A DNA stretch of 27,927 nt from Octopus sinensis. Its lineage: Eukaryota. Shown one piece after another: positions 21,412 to 27,927 of the stretch (the first letter of the stretch is position 1; every line of letters begins with the position of its first letter). A program made the position numbers and the translations under genes. Below the pieces are notes generated by a model. That model saw only the letters and a program-made list of their open reading frames with translations. It was not told the origin of the DNA and did no database searches. The stretch lies in assembly GCF_006345805.1 (NCBI RefSeq), contig NW_021827533.1, positions 1 to 27,927 of the forward strand. Reading direction: 5' to 3'.

Positions 21412-21782
21412 GAGCATTCAGAGAGCGCAAACCTCCGCCAAGGCAACACCAACGTCCTCTCAACGATTAGCCGAGAGATGGTTTTTTAAAAATGAGAATA
21501 TCTGAAATAAACTCGACTGCTCTCACAAACGAGAATACTAAAAAGGAATCCGACCGGTTTCAAAAATAAAGTAAAAAAAAAACAAAAAAAAAAAACGGAA
21601 AAATAATCCAGAATCTTTGTCCTGTACTGGATCGGTCCCAAAATCTAATCAGTTCGTGCTAATCACGAGGCCAACATCCCTGAAAGTTTCATCCGAATCC
21701 ATCCAGCGGTTCTTGAGATATCTTGACCATGGACAAAAACAAACATGACTGAAAACAATGCCTCTGCCTTAGCAAAGGTGGA

Positions 21783-21785
<3 letters not shown>
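21412..21785. mobile_element. Non-autonomous element with subterminal IR and 3' hairpin (Helentron/HINE-like)
   Basis: acctccgcc at 21431-21439 is inverted as ggtggaggt at 21777-21785. Terminal hairpin gcctctgcctt-agca-aaggtggaggt (21760-21785). Flanked by (TAA)n on both sides. Confidence 0.45.
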
Positions 21786-21826
<41 letters not shown>

Positions 21827-21849
21827 TGATGATAATAATAATAATAATG

Positions 21850-21879
<30 letters not shown>

Positions 21880-21887
<8 letters not shown>

Positions 21888-22056
21888 CCTTTCTGTTATA
21901 GGCACAAAGCCCGAATTTGGTGATGGTGGTGGTGGACCCCGAAAGGATAAAAGGCAACGTTTACCTCGACGCAACTTGAACTCAGAGCATTAAAACGGAA
22001 GAAATGCCGCTAAGCCTTTTGTCCTGTGTTCTAACGATTCTGCGAGCTCGCTGCCT
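21880..22056 (-). mobile_element. SINE family B, internally deleted
   Basis: Tail aatcctttctgttataggcacaaagc, central domain, head ctaacgattctgcgagctcgctgcct. Confidence 0.8.
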
Positions 22057-22059
22057 AAT

Positions 22060-22285
22060 TATAATCCTTTCTACTATAGACACAAGGCCTGAAATTTCAC
22101 GGGAAGTGTGGCTAGTCAATTCCATTGACTCCTGTGTTCCAACGGTACGTATTTCATCGGCGCCGAAAGGATGAAAGGCAAAGTCAACCTCGGCGGAATT
22201 TGAACTCAGAACATAAAGACGGACGGAATGCCACGAAGTATTTTAGCCCGGCGTGCCGCTAAGCATTCTTCCAACTCGCCCCCTT
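22060..22285 (-). mobile_element. SINE family B monomer
   Basis: ataatcctttctactatagacacaaggcctgaaattt...ccgaaaggatgaaaggcaaagtcaacctcggcggaatttgaactcagaac. Confidence 0.88.
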
Positions 22286-22317
22286 GATAATAATAATAAT
22301 AATTATTATTATTATAA

Positions 22318-22364
<47 letters not shown>

Positions 22365-22453
22365 AGACGGGTAGTCATGATGGGTTTCGTATATTTTACC
22401 CCAGTGTCACTTTGATGGCATGCACTGCTCTCTCACTCAATAATAGTAATAAC

Positions 22454-22494
<41 letters not shown>

Positions 22495-22649
22495 CAACAA
22501 CAACAACAATAATAATAATAATAATAACAATAATAATGATAATAATAATAATAATAACAATAATAATGATAATAATAATAATAATAATAACAATAATAAT
22601 GATAATAATAATAATAACAATAATAAAAATAATGATGATGATGACGATT

Positions 22650-22687
<38 letters not shown>

Positions 22688-22865
22688 AGCGAATATTAAT
22701 TGTGTTGATTATTGCGAAGCTGGCATTGATATTATTGTTCAATGCATTCAACGGTGGACAGTGATGATGCTGTTGTTGTTGTTGTTTTTCTTGTTGTTGC
22801 TGTTGCTTATGATCTTATTATGAGGATAATGTTCGTAGTAGTAGTAGTAGTAGTAGTAGTAGTAA
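22286..22865. repeat. Compound (TAA)/(TAG)/(AAC)/(GAT)/(GTT) trinucleotide block
   Basis: Seen directly; short unique islands interrupt it. Confidence 0.9.
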
Positions 22866-23916
22866 CGGGGGTATTGTGGGGAAGCATCCTGGTATTGACG
22901 ATCTGGGTAGTTTTATAGTTGTTACTAATAAATATATATGTAACCCACTCCTTTAAGCCCAAAGACAGGAAGAAGATAAAAGAAACAGAGAGAATGAAGC
23001 TGGTCATAGAGGAGAACTGAGAGAGAGAGAGAGAGAGAGTTGGAGAGACAGAGAGAGGGAGAGAGAGAGAGCCATATGGAGGAAAGATGAAGGGAGCGAG
23101 GTGGTAAGGTTAGGCAGTGAGGTGTGGCGGGACGTTAATTATAAGTTAATACAACTGCAACTTCACACAGTAAGATCTAACACGTTGTTACAATCAGTAA
23201 CCGCGGAACTTCAATTGATGGTTGCAACTGTCGTTAGGGCATGTAAACTTGTGTTCTCTTTTTCTATTTGGTAATGTCTTGAAAGTGTATTCAGTTTTGC
23301 TTTAAACGTTGTTGTTGCTGTTGTCGTTGTTGTTGTTGTTATTGTTCGTGATAGTGTTAATGGTTGTGATGGTATTATTGTAATAGTTATTCTAAAGTTG
23401 CTCTTATTGTTGGTGATGTTTGGTGGTGGTGGTGGTGGTGTCGTTGGTGGTATTGATGCTGGTATTGGTAGTGATGATGATGATGATGATGATGTAGGTA
23501 GTGGTGGTGGTGACGCCGACGCCGACGACGATGACGACGACGATGACGAATACGACAACAACGATAATGATGATGTCTTCACTGTTATGAATCAGCTTTG
23601 TTATATAACTGTTTATGTGAAAGTTTTTTCTCACATTGCTTGCTGCTAGTGATCTGCTTCTTCTTATTTGTATTCTTCTTCTTATTCTTCTTCTTATCTC
23701 TCTTCTTCTTTTCTTCTCGTCTTACTTCTTTCTTTCTTCTTTTCTTCTTCTTCTTCTTCTTCTTCTTCTTCTTTTCATCATCATTTTTCTTACCTTCTTC
23801 TTCTTCTTCTTCTTTTAATCTCCTTCCTCTTCTTTTTCATCTTCTTGTTCTGTTTCTTTTTCTTTTTCTTGTTGTTCTGGTTGTTCTTGTTGTTGTTCTT
23901 CTCATCATCATCATTA

Positions 23917-23948
<32 letters not shown>

Positions 23949-23968
23949 TATTATTATTATTATTATTA

Positions 23969-24012
<44 letters not shown>

Positions 24013-24497
24013 TATTATATTATTATTATTACTATTATTATTATTATTATATTATTATTATTATTATCATTATGATATTATTATTATTATCATTATTATT
24101 ATCAGTATTATTATCATTATTATTATTATTATTAGTATCATTTAGTATTATAGTTTGTTTATTATCCTTATCCTTATTATTATTATTCTTATTATTTTCA
24201 TTATATTATATATTATTTTCTTATCATCATCACCAACACCTCATCATCATCAACATTATTATATCATTATCATTATTATTATTATTATTATATTATTATT
24301 ATTATTATCTTTTATTATTATTATTATTATTATTATACTAGTATTATTATTTATTATTATTATTATTATTATATTATGATATAACTATATTATATTATTA
24401 GTATTATACTATTATTATTATTATATTATTATTACTTATTATTATTATCATTATTATTATTAGTAGATTATTACAATTATTTTATACTATTATTATA

Positions 24498-24539
<42 letters not shown>

Positions 24540-24604
24540 TATTATCATTATTATTATTATCATTATTATTATATTATTATTATTATATTATTATTATTAT
24601 TTTC

Positions 24605-24675
<71 letters not shown>

Positions 24676-24678
<3 letters not shown>

Positions 24679-24976
24679 TAGTTTTATTTTTATTTTTATA
24701 AGCGTGCTTTCACTTCACTACCGAGCGCAGCTCTGTGTGCCTTGGGTATGTGCTGTGATTTCTTGTGATGCTCTGATGGTTATTGTATGGAAAGTGTTCT
24801 GCGTAGGATGTGTGCAGTGCCTAGTAGTGCAATTTTCTGTATGTTATATGTGTTTGTAAGTCCTGGGTTTTTGTTATGTATATGTCTCTGATATTTTTTT
24901 ATCATTGCCTAATGCACCTACTATGATAGGAATTGTTTGTTTTCAGATTCCACATTCTAGTTACCTCTATTTCCAT
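24676..24976 (-). mobile_element. 5'-truncated Dong/R4-clade (RLE-type) non-LTR retrotransposon 3' end
   Basis: Minus strand 24976-24780, with two frameshifts, reads MEIEVTRMWNLKT..TIPIIVGALG.MIKKYQRHIHNKNPGLTNTYNIQKIALLGTAHILRRTLSIQ*. This matches the known C-terminal pattern of R4/Dong ORFs (IEI.RMW...vP.vvGALG...iQK..lLGTA.IlR). A ~100-bp 3' UTR and a (TAA)n tail follow. Confidence 0.85.
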
Positions 24977-25050
24977 TTTATTATTATTATTATTATTATA
25001 TTATTATTATTTATTATTATTATTCTATTATTATGATTATTAATTATATG

Positions 25051-25087
<37 letters not shown>

Positions 25088-25568
25088 TATATTTTTATCA
25101 TTACTATTATTATTATTATTATAATATTATTATTATTATCATCATTATTATTATTATTATTATCATTATTATTATTATTATTATTTTATTATTATTATAT
25201 CATTATTATATTATTATTATCATTATTATTCTATTATTATTATTATTATTACTATTATTATTATTATATTATTATATTATTATTATATTACTATTATTAT
25301 TATTTCTTATATTATTATTATTATTATTTTTATTATCATTATTATTATTATTTATTATTATTATTAGTGTGTTGTTATATTATTATCATTCATTATTATT
25401 ATTATTATTCATTATTATTATTATTATTATTACTATTATTATTATTATTATTATATTATTATCCATTATTATTATTATTTTATTATTAATTATTTATGAT
25501 CATTATTATTATTATATATTATATTATATTATTATTATTTTATTATTATTATTATTATCATTATTACA

Positions 25569-25625
25569 GCGACGGGATGGCAGACTCGCTAGCAAGCTGG
25601 GCTTCTTCGTTCCTTAATCGCTATA
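25569..25625 (+). mobile_element. SINE family B head remnant
   Basis: gcgacgggatggcagactcgctagcaagctgggc resembles gcggcgagctggcagaatcgttagcacgccgggc. Confidence 0.45.
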
Positions 25626-25859
25626 AACATTGTTACTGTTTAGTCTTAAATATGACCATCCGACCCTTTATATTTAGATACAGAGCCATCTATCACTACC
25701 TTATCCATGTTTGTCCATCCCTTATTATTATTATTATATTATTATTATTATTTTTTTTTTTTTTTTGAAAGGTAGTTGTTTACAGCTTGAGAAAGTTTTA
25801 CCTATTGTTTCTAGCAGGCGATGAACGACTATTTAGAAGCTCCTTCATTGGTAGTGGTT

Positions 25860-26267
25860 CTAGATGCGTTTGTGTGTCTGTGTTTGCGTGCGTCCATGAA
25901 TGTGTGTATGTTTGCGAGTGCGTGCGCGCATGTGTATTTGTGCGTGCGTGTTTGTGTGTTTGTACGTGCGTGCATGCGATTGAGTATGCGTAAAGTTATT
26001 TACAATGCGTGTTGGCCTTTCTGTGTGTATGTGTATTCAGGTATATATGTTTGTGTGATTATGCACGCTCTGCTTCCCGTCTAAGTATGTGTGTGTATGC
26101 ATATGAATATGCGTATACGTATATGTGTACGTATATGTGTATATGTATATGTATGCATATGTGTATATGCATATGCGTGGATATATCTATATAAATATGA
26201 AACATTTATTTGCATTTTTTTTTGTTGTAGACGTTGCTGGTGGCGTTATTGTTGTTTTAGCTGCTGC

Positions 26268-26298
<31 letters not shown>

Positions 26299-27776
26299 AT
26301 GATGATGATGATGATGTTGTTGTTAGATTTAAAGTCCATATTGATGTTGATGTTATCTAATAAATCATTTCTTGATAAACACAGGTGTAGCATATTTTCT
26401 GGAAGTCGTTTCATGCCAGGCCACACGCACATATGTTTAAACACACAAACACACACACGACCACACATATATACGCACGTATTATATATATAGATATATA
26501 TATATATATATTATATATATTATATATATATTTTTATATGCGCCACACACATTGTTATTATATGCGCACAGATTCACACATGTATGTATACGCATATGTG
26601 CACACATATACAGACACGCATATATCCACGCACGCACATAAATATATCTCACACAGATATCTCACGTGCATATATACACATGCATATATACACATGCATA
26701 TATACACACATGCACGTATAAGCACGCAAACGACGGTGCACGCACATATATATATACACGCACACACTCATACATGAACACACGTATCCGCGCTCATATA
26801 CACATATGCATATACACGCATACACAAATGCGTATGCATATGCACACACGCACACATACATGTGGACACATATAAACGCAGATACATACACACATATACA
26901 TATATACGCATGATCACATACACACACTTACACGCATACACACACAAACACATATACACGCATATACACATACATACGCACATACATACATTCATGCATG
27001 CATAGATACATACATTCAGTCATGCATACATACGTATATACATACATGCATATATACATACATGTATACATATATGCATATATACATTCATACATGCATA
27101 CATACATTCAAATGTGCATGCATACATATATACATACATACATATATATATATATACATATACATGCATACATACATACATATATACATACATACAAACA
27201 TACATGCATACATACATACATACATGCATGCATACATACATACACACACCATACATACATACATACATATATACATACATACATAATACATACATAATAC
27301 ATACATATATACATACATACATGCATACATATATAAATACATACATGCATACACACATACATGCATACATGCATACATACATACGTACATACATACATGC
27401 ATACATTCATACATACATACATACATACATACATGCAACATACATACATACATACATACATACATACATACATACATACGTACATACATACATACATACA
27501 TACATACGTACATGCATACGTACATACATACATGCATACATGCATACATACATACATACATACATAGATACATACATACATACATACATACATACATACA
27601 TACATACATACATGCATACATACATACATACATACATATACGCATGCTGGCGCGAACGCCACGTATACACATGCACGCGTATATAAAAAACGTGTGTAAA
27701 CACACATGCATATTTATTTATGTGTGCAAGAGCATTCATACATGCCTATGGACAAGCGCGCGCTTGTGTGTGTGTG

Positions 27777-27833
<57 letters not shown>

Positions 27834-27860
27834 ATGTGCGTATGTGCGTTTGTGTGTTTA
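25860..27860. repeat. Long purine-pyrimidine alternating block: (GT)n, (CA)n, (CATA)n
   Basis: Seen directly; a short trinucleotide/unique insert lies at ~26190-26440. Confidence 0.92.
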
Positions 27861-27927
27861 TGCCTTTATGAACTGATATAGGTCGTTCTGTATATAGACA
27901 TTCGCATGTATAGACAAGCATGAGTGC

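Larger units (their letters stand above)
23305..25760. repeat. (GTT)/(GGT)/(GAT), then (TTC)n, then a ~1.8 kb degenerate (ATT)n array
   Basis: Seen directly; interrupted by 24676-24976 and 25569-25715. Confidence 0.92.

Overview
AT-rich, repeat-saturated eukaryotic non-coding DNA (large intron or intergenic). The SINE families and microsatellite load look like an octopus (coleoid cephalopod) genome; this is inferred from recognition, not a database search. No intact protein-coding gene is supported, and nearly all ORFs in the supplied track are microsatellite read-throughs. Contents: (i) about 25 copies of three tRNA-headed SINE families, here called A, B and C, some dimeric or nested; (ii) a deleted mariner transposon with TIRs and recognisable transposase motifs; (iii) MITEs (a tandem mariner-derived pair, two Tigger/pogo-like, one piggyBac-like, one foldback); (iv) a 5'-truncated Dong/R4-type non-LTR retrotransposon end embedded in a ~1.8 kb (TAA)n array; (v) a Helentron/HINE-like element; (vi) a minimal type I hammerhead-ribozyme-like motif of the Penelope type plus one degenerate relative; (vii) a 1.3 kb 24-bp minisatellite with higher-order structure; (viii) long simple-repeat blocks. 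One weak exon candidate lies at 14539-14633. Boundaries were read by eye and are approximate for degenerate copies.
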